Assembly: GCA_048938855.1 (NCBI GenBank)
Contig: JBHLLT010000012.1
Coordinates: forward strand, 1-64,000
Reading direction: 5' to 3'
From: Promethearchaeota archaeon
Lineage (GTDB): Archaea; Asgardarchaeota; Lokiarchaeia; Sigyniarchaeales; SOKP01
DNA: 64,000 bases
Shown: piece by piece, positions 20,319 to 29,960 of the stretch
Layout: each line of letters opens with the position of its first letter
Position numbering within the stretch: the stretch's first letter is position 1
Translations under genes and position numbers: made by a program
The notes under the pieces: generated by a model
Told to the model about the DNA's origin: nothing
Database searches by the model: none
The model's input: only the letters and a program-made list of their open reading frames with translations

Positions 20319-20954
20319 CTATTGTCCTTCGAGTACCCATTCTAGTGATCTTCTAATAATTTTTCGATATATTGGATTCTTTAAAGACTTTGCTTGATGA
20401 CCTAACGCGCAAAAAGCTACTCTCCCTTTTCCATAATTTTTCACCCAAATAATTGGTTCAGGTTCTGGATCTTTCACATCATGGTAATCTGCTTCTGCTA
20501 ATACTCTCATATCACCTTTCATCGAGAAGTCGTGTCTGTATGGTTCATCAAAAAAAGAAAAGTCATCTAGCTCCTTTGTAATTGGATGAGATTTATCTAA
20601 TATTTTGATAGCTATATTAGTTTTCTTTTTATGATTTAAAAATCTCCCTCCAATCATTTCATAATATTTAGGATGCATTTTAAAAGATGCTGAAGCTCCA
20701 TGTAATCCTACAAATCCTTTTCCGCTAGCAATAAAATCTAACAAATTCTTTTCTTGATCTTCAGTAAATTTACCAAACTGAGTAAAAAAAATAGTCGTAT
20801 CATATTCAAAGAAATCTCTGTTATTAAAGATCTCTACATCATCATAAATAGCGATGTTATAATCATTCAGAAGCTCCTTGAAATAAGAAGCAGTCTTACT
20901 CTTCAGAAAATGCCGACCCCTTTGACAAATTAATACTTTTCTTTTAACATCCAT
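20319..20954 (-). CDS. ThuA-like (trehalose utilisation) domain protein
   Basis: GKGFVGLHGA, MIGGRF, HPIT, DEPY, YGKGRVAFCALGH. Confidence 0.88.
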   Translation of the reverse strand: MDVKRKVLICQRGRHFLKSKTASYFKELLNDYNIAIYDDVEIFNNRDFFEYDTTIFFTQFGKFTEDQEKNLLDFIASGKGFVGLHGASASFKMHPKYYEMIGGRFLNHKKKTNIAIKILDKSHPITKELDDFSFFDEPYRHDFSMKGDMRVLAEADYHDVKDPEPEPIIWVKNYGKGRVAFCALGHQAKSLKNPIYRKIIRRSLEWVLEGQ

Positions 20955-21012
20955 ATAACATCATAGGAAAAAATGAAAAGTTCTTTATTAAGGGTTCTCT
21001 AATTATTATGTA

Positions 21013-22407
21013 ATGAGTTTGAATCCTTCAACAACGGAATTTGAGGAATTTAATTACAAATCCTTAAACCAATTAGAAAAGAAGATTTCTGAATTAGGTT
21101 TAGATATTCCCGTATATCACCGGCAAGAAATTCTACAGCAAAGAGTGCATATTCATAATTTATTTATACCAAATAGATTAGCAATTCAGCCTATGGAAGG
21201 ATTCGATGCAGATATAAGGGGTTCTCCTGGAGCCCTCACATGTAGAAGGTATGAACGATATGCTAAAGGTGGAGCAGGATTAATATGGTTTGAAGCAACT
21301 GCTATTAACTATAATTGTCGCTCTAATTCTCATCAGTTAGTATTATCTGAAGAAAATTCTGAAAATTTAGAGAAATTAGTCTCTTTTACTAGAAAAATTG
21401 GTAACAAGGCTCTGAAAAAGTTAGGATTTACAAACAAGTGTATCTTAATTATCCAATTAAATCACTCTGGAAGATATTCAGTAAAGGACGGAAAAAAATA
21501 TCCAATAAGAGCTTATCATAATAAAGATTTAGATCAAGCAAGTAACCTTTCAATTAAAGAGGGTGTAGTGATTTCTGATGAAGAATTAGAAAAACTAGAA
21601 GATGAATGGGTTCATAAAGCAATTCTTGCAAAAAAAGTTGGATTTGATGGGGTTGATATTAAAGCATGCCATGGTTATTTAATCCATGAGTTATTTGCTT
21701 CACGGTTTCGAAAAGATTCAATATATGGAGGAGAATCTCTCAAATCTAGAACTCGCTTTTTTCTTAATATAATTAGAAAACTGAATGAAAACCTGAAAAA
21801 TGAAAGAAATTTCATAATAACATCTCGAATAAGTGTTTATGATGGAATACCTTATCCTCGTGGATTTGGAGTTAAGCCAATCGAAAACGAGACTTTTCCA
21901 GCAACAATAGATCTAAGTGAGCCAATTGAACTCATTAATAAGCTTTATAAACTTGGAGTAAGATTGATAAATATAACCGCGGGAAATCCCCATTACAAGC
22001 CCCAAATTACACGACCATTTGATCAGCCGGTAAAAGGAGGAATCTTACCAGATGAGCATCCTTTATATGGAGTAAATAGACTTTTAAATCTTGCTACTTT
22101 AATTAAAAATCATTTACCTGAAGATATGGTGATTGTAGGTTCTGGTTATTCATATTTACGTCAATTTGCTGGATATATCGCATCAGGAATGGTGCATGAA
22201 AAAAGAGTGGACATTTGTGCATTTGGAAGAATGGCATTAGCAAATCCTAATTTTCCAAAACAGATTTTCCAAGAAGGTGTTATTAATAAAAAACAAGTTT
22301 GTATTAGCTGCTCCAAATGTTCTGAATTTATGAAACTAGGGCAAAATGTAGGTTGTGCCATAAGAGATCCTCAATATAAAGAAACAGAAACTTATTTTAA
22401 CATTTAG
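21013..22407 (+). CDS. NADH:flavin oxidoreductase (old yellow enzyme family) with C-terminal Cys cluster
   Basis: NRLAIQPMEG, GGAGLIWFEA, QLNHSGR, GFDGVDIKACHGYL, CISCSKC...GC. Confidence 0.9.
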   Translation: MSLNPSTTEFEEFNYKSLNQLEKKISELGLDIPVYHRQEILQQRVHIHNLFIPNRLAIQPMEGFDADIRGSPGALTCRRYERYAKGGAGLIWFEATAINYNCRSNSHQLVLSEENSENLEKLVSFTRKIGNKALKKLGFTNKCILIIQLNHSGRYSVKDGKKYPIRAYHNKDLDQASNLSIKEGVVISDEELEKLEDEWVHKAILAKKVGFDGVDIKACHGYLIHELFASRFRKDSIYGGESLKSRTRFFLNIIRKLNENLKNERNFIITSRISVYDGIPYPRGFGVKPIENETFPATIDLSEPIELINKLYKLGVRLINITAGNPHYKPQITRPFDQPVKGGILPDEHPLYGVNRLLNLATLIKNHLPEDMVIVGSGYSYLRQFAGYIASGMVHEKRVDICAFGRMALANPNFPKQIFQEGVINKKQVCISCSKCSEFMKLGQNVGCAIRDPQYKETETYFNI

Positions 22408-22453
22408 ATTGAATTTAAAATATCAGAAAAGTAATAACTCTGTAGAATTCATT

Positions 22454-24793
22454 ATGAAAAGATTTAGGAATCGAAGTAAAACTCTAAAATATTTTTTTTT
22501 AATCTTCCTATTCATTTTGATCTTTATCCCATTTTTGAAAATCGTCTTATCGAGCAGTATTGGTGGAATTGTTATATTTTTCACTTTTGGATTGTACTAC
22601 TTATCAACTAATATCGTTTTTAATCAAATTATAATAATTTTATTCGTTATTTATATACTTTCCATAATTTATCGCCTAAGTTCGAAGAGTAATAAGAACA
22701 TTAAGAAATTTCCAAAATTATTGTTTTTATTTATTATTCTAATTTGTCCTCAATTTTTTATAACGAATTATAATTCTCTAGAACCAAAAATAAGTCAAGA
22801 ACAATGGGAATTCTCAATGAGAACTAATTTTAATCGTTCATTCGATTTATTTAATACCTTTAATGCAACTCCAGGCTATCGAAATCGACAAAATATATAT
22901 TTGAATGATAGTAAATATAGTGATCATGTATATGCTCAAGCTTCTCGAGTTTATTTAGGTTTAAATGTGTCTGAAGCTAGTATAGAAGCTTCTCTATATA
23001 AAATTTATAACTTAAAGGATACTTTGGATTTTACTCTAAATAATCTTCTACGCTTGATATATCTTGATATTAATAGAAATATACTAAGTCCCTATATAAG
23101 GAATAAGGTTATTGATGCTTTTGGTAAAACAAAATATTGGTATACTGAACCAACCAGAGATAGCATGATATATTATACAGAAAATCACCAAATTCTATAT
23201 CACACCGCAGAATTATTAATTGGTCAACTTTTTCCTAATGATACATTTGTTATATCAAATATGACTGGCCTTGAACATGTTAATCACGCTATTCCCCTTG
23301 TAAAGAAATGGCTTGATTGGCGCGCACAATTTGGTTTTGCTGAATGGCATTCAAACACATACTTTACAGAAGATATAACGGCTCTTGTTAATCTTGTTGA
23401 TTTTGCGGAAGACCAGGAAATTGTCTATAAAGCAGCGATGGTTTTAGATATAATGGCTTTTGATTTTGCAAATAATTATTATAAAGGGAGATATGCCACC
23501 ACACACGGCCGTTGTTATGATCGAACAAAAGTAGGGACTAGTATTGTATCACCACCTTCTCGAGACAGCACATCTGAATCTGCTTGGATAATGCTGGGTA
23601 TTGGATATCATAACCCAATTGATAGGAGCAATCTTGCTGCTATCGCGCTAGCTACCAGTGATTATTATGCTCCTCCCCCGATCTTAGAGGATATTGCTAA
23701 TAATGCAACTTTATATAATGAACTAAAGGAGCGTAATAGTATCAATATGAATGATGGAGATTTATATAATATAAGTTATTTAGAAGATGATCTTATGTTC
23801 TGGTTGGGAATGTCTGCTGTTCTACCTCCACAAACTATAAAGCAAGTCTTCAACTTAGTGAAAAAGTATAATATAGATTCAAATAATGTCTATGGCCCAG
23901 AATTGATTTCAGATTTCTTTAAAATTTCTGCTTTTTTACATGGAATCTCTCTTAGTCAATATTCTGAGAAAATGAAATTAATAACTGAAGGTATAAGTCT
24001 TGAAACTTCAAATACTTACACCTATAGAACACCATATTATCAATTGTCTGGTTCTCAAGATCATCAGAAAGGGATGAATAGTTATCAAGAACACATTTGG
24101 CAAGCAAGTTTAGATGACAATGCTTTCATTTATACAAATTCACCGGGAGGGTTGACTAAAGATTTTGAGCAGGAATATGTTGGTGGTTGGAATCCAAGGG
24201 CTACTTTATATAAAAATGTTGGGATAATCCAATATGACCGCGAGACATTACCTATAGAAGGAGAACTTTTGCTTTACTTTCTTAATCTCTTTACAGGTAA
24301 TAAATTTTATCAACATGCTTATTTTCCTCAGTGGGCTTTTGATGATGTAGAGGAGCAAGGTCATTGGATTTTTGGTGCAAGAGGAGGGGGATATGTTGCT
24401 CTTTATTCTTTCTATAACACTAGATGGGTTTCTGATTATGAATTACGTGTTGATGGATTTAAAAATCTATGGATCGTAGAATTAGGCAGTGTTAATGAAT
24501 ATGGTTCATTTAATCAATTTGTTTCTGATATTCAACAATCTCAAATACAAGTTGTACCACAAGCATTAGGTTTTAATGTCCAATATTCATCTCCCTCTCA
24601 AGGTCTTGTAAGTGTGTCATGGGACGATCATATGGTCGTTGGTGGCAGTGAAATTGATTTAGGTCCATATGCTCGTTTTGATAATGATTATTGTTATCAA
24701 AATTTTGGCACTAAATCGACTTTAATTCAATTTGGAAATCAGAGTTTAGAGTTGAATTTCATTAATGCTTCAAGAATTTATCAAATTACTTAA
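22454..24793 (+). CDS. Membrane-anchored extracellular protein, heparinase II/III- or polysaccharide-lyase-like
   Basis: N-terminal TM segments and many N-x-S/T sequons; TENHQILYHTAE...GFAEWHSNTY...THGRCY motifs of an alpha-toroid lyase-like family. TTG 22409 is an alternative start. Confidence 0.55.
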   Translation: MKRFRNRSKTLKYFFLIFLFILIFIPFLKIVLSSSIGGIVIFFTFGLYYLSTNIVFNQIIIILFVIYILSIIYRLSSKSNKNIKKFPKLLFLFIILICPQFFITNYNSLEPKISQEQWEFSMRTNFNRSFDLFNTFNATPGYRNRQNIYLNDSKYSDHVYAQASRVYLGLNVSEASIEASLYKIYNLKDTLDFTLNNLLRLIYLDINRNILSPYIRNKVIDAFGKTKYWYTEPTRDSMIYYTENHQILYHTAELLIGQLFPNDTFVISNMTGLEHVNHAIPLVKKWLDWRAQFGFAEWHSNTYFTEDITALVNLVDFAEDQEIVYKAAMVLDIMAFDFANNYYKGRYATTHGRCYDRTKVGTSIVSPPSRDSTSESAWIMLGIGYHNPIDRSNLAAIALATSDYYAPPPILEDIANNATLYNELKERNSINMNDGDLYNISYLEDDLMFWLGMSAVLPPQTIKQVFNLVKKYNIDSNNVYGPELISDFFKISAFLHGISLSQYSEKMKLITEGISLETSNTYTYRTPYYQLSGSQDHQKGMNSYQEHIWQASLDDNAFIYTNSPGGLTKDFEQEYVGGWNPRATLYKNVGIIQYDRETLPIEGELLLYFLNLFTGNKFYQHAYFPQWAFDDVEEQGHWIFGARGGGYVALYSFYNTRWVSDYELRVDGFKNLWIVELGSVNEYGSFNQFVSDIQQSQIQVVPQALGFNVQYSSPSQGLVSVSWDDHMVVGGSEIDLGPYARFDNDYCYQNFGTKSTLIQFGNQSLELNFINASRIYQIT

Positions 24794-24813
24794 TCAAATA
24801 TAATATAGATATA

Positions 24814-25677
24814 GTGAGAGTAAAAAAATATTTAAAAATCGGAAAACCTGCTGTAAAGGGTAGTATTTTAGTCATTTTTGGAATTTTAAATTCTCGAATA
24901 GGTATAGGAGTAGAGATTTTTACAAATAATCTTATTTATGGCCCTCTTGCTTATCTTTTCCTAGCCTTTTCAGGACTAATCATCATTTTCCTTCTTCATA
25001 TACTCAATAATCCCTCTGAAAGAAGTAAATTAAATAAAAACAGTTTACTCCTTGCTTTCGGAATTTTAAGTATTATTAGTTTAACACTAATTGCTTTTAA
25101 TATATTTGAGAATTTTATGATTTATTACCTCAATATCCCTATTATTCTTTTTACACTACTTATTCTTGTCTTTTGGATTAGTTTAGGCTATTTAGGTGCT
25201 AAAAATATTATTGAAAACATATCTGTGAGGATCCTGGTTTTAACTCTCTCATTCTCTATTGGTTTGTTCTATGGCGTCTTCTTAAATACCTCTATAGTTC
25301 CGACACAAATCTATTTTTTCTTTTTTTCATTATCTTTCTTACAAATATCAAGAGAATTAACTAAGGGTTTCAATGAAAAAGATAAAATTGAAGAGTATTT
25401 GCTCATTCCTAATAGAATTGATGAGAGAAAGCAACTTAAGTTTTCATTATTCTTCCAATTTGCTGCAATAATTTGCCTTATTATACCAATATTCCTTGAT
25501 ATATATAATAATTTCCTACTTCTTATTCTTATAGTTTTTAATTTAACCGCAATAGGTATTGCTTCTTTTCTAACATTAGCAAGCCTATTGGAAAATGATA
25601 TATACAAAAGGATAAGTTCAATATTGAAAATTGGAATCCTATTGGAATTAATTATGTTTTTAGCTTTTGGAATATAG
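24814..25677 (+). CDS. Degenerate UbiA/DGGGP-synthase-like membrane protein
   Basis: About 9 TM segments; SRELTKG matches the REIxKD motif region and C-terminal ISSILKIG fits the family; Asp-rich motifs absent. Confidence 0.5.
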   Translation: MRVKKYLKIGKPAVKGSILVIFGILNSRIGIGVEIFTNNLIYGPLAYLFLAFSGLIIIFLLHILNNPSERSKLNKNSLLLAFGILSIISLTLIAFNIFENFMIYYLNIPIILFTLLILVFWISLGYLGAKNIIENISVRILVLTLSFSIGLFYGVFLNTSIVPTQIYFFFFSLSFLQISRELTKGFNEKDKIEEYLLIPNRIDERKQLKFSLFFQFAAIICLIIPIFLDIYNNFLLLILIVFNLTAIGIASFLTLASLLENDIYKRISSILKIGILLELIMFLAFGI

Positions 25678-25705
25678 TTATTTCTTAATTAGAGTTGACA
25701 TTCAT

Positions 25706-26602
25706 ATGAAATTATTACGCACCCCAGATAAAAGGTTTGAAAACCTCCCTGATTATCCATTCAAACCTAATTATATAAATGTTGATGGAATAAGAATTCA
25801 CTATATAGATGAAGGCCCTAAAGATGCTGAAATTGTACTTCTTATGCATGGAGAACCCTCATGGTCATATCTATATAGATATATGATTCCAATTTTAGTA
25901 GAAGCAGGATTTAGAACCTTAGCACCAGATTTAGTTGGATTTGGAAGATCTGATAAACCGACTGAGAAAAGTGACCACACATATGGCAAGCATGTAGATT
26001 GGATATCAAAATGGGTTAAATTACTTAATCTCAAAAATATAACATTATTTTGTCAAGATTGGGGATCATTAATAGGATTGAGAGTTGCCATTGAAAACTC
26101 AGAACGATTTAGGAGGATTGTATTATCAAATGGAGGATTACCAACAGGAGAACAAAAGATGAGCAAAGCTTTCTTAGAATGGCAAGAATTCTCTAGAACT
26201 TCTCCCAAATTTTATATTGGAAAGATTATTCAAGGTGCAACAACAACTAAATTACCGAAAAATGTTCTCAAAGCCTATGAAGCACCGTTTCCAGATGATT
26301 CATTTAAAGCAGGAGCCAGAATTATGCCCTCTTTAGTTCCAACCACAAAAGATGATCCCGAACATGAAACAAATAAAAAAGCATGGCTAAAGTTCTTCAA
26401 ATGGGAGAAGCCATTTTTAACAGCGTTCTCAGATAGCGACCTTATTACGAGAGGCGGAGATAAATTTTGGCAAGAGAAAATTCCTGGTGCTCAAGGACAG
26501 AATCATACTACAATTAAAGGTGCTGGACACTTTATTCAAGAAGATAAGGGTCCTGAACTGGCTAATTTAGTGATAGAATTTATTAGGAAGAATCCAATAT
26601 AG
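25706..26602 (+). CDS. Haloalkane dehalogenase family alpha/beta hydrolase
   Basis: LRTPDKRF, HGEPSWSYLYR, APDLVGFGRSDKP, QDWG nucleophile, AGHFIQED; ATG at 25706. Confidence 0.92.
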   Translation: MKLLRTPDKRFENLPDYPFKPNYINVDGIRIHYIDEGPKDAEIVLLMHGEPSWSYLYRYMIPILVEAGFRTLAPDLVGFGRSDKPTEKSDHTYGKHVDWISKWVKLLNLKNITLFCQDWGSLIGLRVAIENSERFRRIVLSNGGLPTGEQKMSKAFLEWQEFSRTSPKFYIGKIIQGATTTKLPKNVLKAYEAPFPDDSFKAGARIMPSLVPTTKDDPEHETNKKAWLKFFKWEKPFLTAFSDSDLITRGGDKFWQEKIPGAQGQNHTTIKGAGHFIQEDKGPELANLVIEFIRKNPI

Positions 26603-26741
26603 TTTGTAGTTCAGATTTAGAAATTTGGATTTTGGTTTGATATGAAAAAATTATAAATAAGTATGAAAATTGGACTATATAAGAATTATATAATAAGGTT
26701 TGAATTTACAATATAACAATCCTTTTGATTGGCATAAAACT

Positions 26742-27245
26742 ATGAATATAAACAGGCACAAAGGTCATGAAAGAGAAGCTCCAAATTCACACATAATTCA
26801 AGGAGTATCACCAATCGTTTTTATCATAATTTGGTTTTTAGACTCGCAGGTATTTAGATTTTCTACATATTTGAATATTTTTGTTCTATTTCCGATTAGA
26901 CTTATCTTATTTATAATTGTGTTCGCAATTTCTATTACTTTTATAATGTTTTCTCATCGTACACTTTTTAAAAGTCATGAGCCATCCAATAAATTAATTA
27001 CTGGTGGGGTCCTTCGCTATGTAAGGAACCCGATGTATTTTGGAATTTTATTAATATATGTAGCCTTTTTAGTTTTATCCATTTCATTAATTGGAATTGG
27101 TTTATTTATTATTATATTCTTAGTATATAATTGGATGGTTAATTATGAAGAAAAGATTCTCGAAGATATATTTGGTGATGAATATAGAGAATATAAAAGC
27201 AAAGTATCGAAATGGATTCCAAACCCATTCAGAAAATTAAAATAA
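26742..27245 (+). CDS. Isoprenylcysteine carboxyl methyltransferase (ICMT/PEMT) family protein
   Basis: LITGGVLRYVRNPMYFG, EEKIL..FGDEYREY...V.KWIP. Confidence 0.88.
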   Translation: MNINRHKGHEREAPNSHIIQGVSPIVFIIIWFLDSQVFRFSTYLNIFVLFPIRLILFIIVFAISITFIMFSHRTLFKSHEPSNKLITGGVLRYVRNPMYFGILLIYVAFLVLSISLIGIGLFIIIFLVYNWMVNYEEKILEDIFGDEYREYKSKVSKWIPNPFRKLK

Positions 27246-27265
27246 TCAAAATCCAAGCGTTAATT

Positions 27266-27895
27266 TTAATCTGTTACTTTTTTTAATAGTTCTTGATTTG
27301 ATTCTGGATAATATTGAGCATAATCTAAGATTTTTGTTTTGGAAATTCCACCTAATAACTTAGAGATATCAATTAAGATTCTATTTTCATTAATATGATT
27401 TGATTTCCATAAATAAAGTAAATCTAAAATGGTTTTCTCATGATCCGAATATTTAATTTTATTAATTACTATACCAAAATTGAATAAAGTATTTTTAAAT
27501 CTCAAAAACCTAAACTTTTTCCCCACAATTGTTATAGGAGAATTGCTCATTATCATATCATTAATTATGTAAAAATATTCATCTGGTTGGCTAAATTTAA
27601 CTTTATTGAGATTTAATGCTGTATAAAGTCCAAAATACCAATTTTTAACATTTTTTAGTTTTAAACTCATTCCAACAAGCTCTAATAGTGAAAGGTTTAT
27701 CCTTTTTTCCTTGAATTCTTCAAAAGATTTCACATAATATATATCTTCAAAAATATTTACTAAATATCCACGGGAGTTCAAGTAATCACGAGTGAGTCTG
27801 TAATTGCTATAAATTTCATCACAGTATTGCTTTAATTCATCAGAAGTGATAAATTTCCTATTATCTTTCCTAATATTTTTTAAAACTTGCCTCAT
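27266..27895 (-). CDS. AbiEi-like (type IV TA antitoxin) domain protein
   Basis: N-terminal wHTH (YL..RGYL...IYYV), WYFGLYTAL, YSDHEKTILDLLY. Confidence 0.65.
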   Translation of the reverse strand: MRQVLKNIRKDNRKFITSDELKQYCDEIYSNYRLTRDYLNSRGYLVNIFEDIYYVKSFEEFKEKRINLSLLELVGMSLKLKNVKNWYFGLYTALNLNKVKFSQPDEYFYIINDMIMSNSPITIVGKKFRFLRFKNTLFNFGIVINKIKYSDHEKTILDLLYLWKSNHINENRILIDISKLLGGISKTKILDYAQYYPESNQELLKKVTD

Positions 27896-28046
27896 AAATC
27901 TACTTTTGAAATATGATGAAATTTAATAAATTTGGAAAAGAATTTCATCATTATTGTATTATAAGAATGCTTAATTTTTATGTTTTTTATATTAAACTAA
28001 GCAAAAAAAATTCATCTGAATAAATCTTATTCAATAATTAGAGAGG

Positions 28047-28240
28047 CTACATATCTATACCATACATTATCACGATTAGTGATGCAATCAAAATAATAGC
28101 AATAGTTAGCTGAACTGCCCTTCTATACTTTAATGCCCCGTTTTTTTTAAGAACTCATTTCTTAATTCTTCTAGATTGGATTCAAACATTTTAATCTGGT
28201 TTTCCAATTCGCCAATTGAAAGATCTTTTATTTTAGACAT
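28047..28240 (-). pseudogene. Frameshifted small coiled-coil + C-terminal TM (tail-anchored) protein
   Basis: ATG 28240 gives MSKIKDLSIGELENQIKMFESNLEELRNEFLKK. One extra base at the A8 run (28141-28148) continues NGALKYRRAVQLTIAIILIASLIVIMYGIDM* to TAG at 28047. Confidence 0.55.
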
Positions 28241-28460
28241 TAAATTTCATTTCCGTTTTTGATTTCTTATAGAATTCAAAATTAACCATAGATTATTATA
28301 AATTTTATCACTTTGAAGCGAATAATCCGCACTAGACTTATATTATTAAAACATATTTACTGATTTTCAAAAATATCTCTCCGAAAACATTTATATATTA
28401 ACTCAAACTAAGTACTATAGAAAGTTGCGACATTATAGCTAAGAATGAGGTGGAAGAAAT

Positions 28461-28922
28461 TTGATGTATAACAATGCAGAGGAACCTATCTCGGAATATG
28501 AAAAAACGATCAATAAGCTAACAGATCAGATTACAGAATTGTTTTCCAAAATTCATTTTTATCAAGCGCTTATTGCCGAAAAGGATCATAAAATAAATCA
28601 ATTAATTAATGAGAATAATCAACTCAAAGCTCAAATTCAAGATATATTAAATCCTTCTAATCTAGAATCATATACACCACTCCCTCCACCAGCTCCAGCT
28701 TTTAAACCAAAAACAAGCCCTACACCAACTTTAAATCAGCAAACAATCTCGAATTTTTCAGCTAGTACCGATCCTAGAGTTAACAAGAGGCAATGCCCGA
28801 ATTGTGGAGCGACGGGATTTGCTATAAGAGAAATTGATGATAAATCAACTATAATTAGTTACGTACCAAGACGAATTTATGCTAAAAAGAAATCTTGTAC
28901 AAAATGTAGATATGAATGGTAA
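28461..28922 (+). CDS. Coiled-coil / proline-rich / C-terminal zinc-ribbon protein
   Basis: Heptad N-terminus, PLPPPAP linker, CPNCG...CTKC; GAGGTG SD. Confidence 0.8.
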   Translation: MMYNNAEEPISEYEKTINKLTDQITELFSKIHFYQALIAEKDHKINQLINENNQLKAQIQDILNPSNLESYTPLPPPAPAFKPKTSPTPTLNQQTISNFSASTDPRVNKRQCPNCGATGFAIREIDDKSTIISYVPRRIYAKKKSCTKCRYEW

Positions 28923-28936
28923 AAAAAGGGATTAGC

Positions 28937-29866
28937 CTATTTTTCAAAAAATGGAGCCAAATTGCGAGGTAGAACTTCAAAATAATCAACTAAATCATAT
29001 TGTACTATTTTCTCTCGAGTTTCTTCTTGGAGTTGATCAAAATTCTTCCCTTCTAATATGAATTTTGTTTCTTTTTCGCTGAATTCAGGACCTCTTTCAG
29101 TCCAATTTTTAACCTTCTTATTTGCAGGACATATTTTCTGGCAATGAAGACATCCTACTAAACAATTATGCCATGATGAATCTATCCAATTTGGAAAAGA
29201 AACTTCTGGAGGTTGTTCATTATGGTATGTAAGACAACGTTCGGCTCGTAAGAGAAAACGATCAGTGGGAATAGCCCCTGTTGGGCATTTGTTTGTACAA
29301 GCGGAACAGTCTTTACACAGATCCATCATCTGTAATTCTCGCCAATTATCCTCATTAGTAGGAAAATCTGAATATAATGTTGTTAGGCGATGAAAACTTC
29401 CCATTCCATCTACATAACTAATATTATTTCTTCCATAGTCGGCCAATCCACAGCGAACTGCTAACGTTTTTTGAGGAAGACGAGCATACGCTGCTTTGTA
29501 TCCACTAGGTTTTAAAATATTATTTACAAGTTCTGCCATTTCGTCAATAATTTTGCTACCATATAAGTATGTAGGTGGAATAAGCAAAGAGATTTCCTTG
29601 TTATCCCAGTGGAAAATAGCTTTGAATTGTGGAACAGGAACTGATATAATAAAAAGTGAATTAACCGGAAACTCATATTCTTGTTCAATTTCAAAATAGG
29701 ATTTATACTCTTCATAGAATTCTGTATGGAAAAGATTTTGTTCATAATATTTTTTAATATCATTTCTTAAGTCTGGAATGTGTTCTCCAGACACAATTTT
29801 TCCCTTATACCCTTTCAAATTTAGGGTTTTATAAAAATTCTGTATAATATCATCATTATTATCCAT
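28937..29866 (-). CDS. QueG-like double 4Fe-4S cluster protein
   Basis: GLADYGRNN, CKDCSACTNKCPTGAI, CLTY, GCLHCQKICP. Confidence 0.8.
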   Translation of the reverse strand: MDNNDDIIQNFYKTLNLKGYKGKIVSGEHIPDLRNDIKKYYEQNLFHTEFYEEYKSYFEIEQEYEFPVNSLFIISVPVPQFKAIFHWDNKEISLLIPPTYLYGSKIIDEMAELVNNILKPSGYKAAYARLPQKTLAVRCGLADYGRNNISYVDGMGSFHRLTTLYSDFPTNEDNWRELQMMDLCKDCSACTNKCPTGAIPTDRFLLRAERCLTYHNEQPPEVSFPNWIDSSWHNCLVGCLHCQKICPANKKVKNWTERGPEFSEKETKFILEGKNFDQLQEETREKIVQYDLVDYFEVLPRNLAPFFEK

Positions 29867-29960
29867 AATTATCACTCTCTTTAACTAATCCAAAATTTCT
29901 TTTTAGATTATTCTAACCATGATTTATTAAACCTAATATCTTGACTTGACTTACTTTTTC

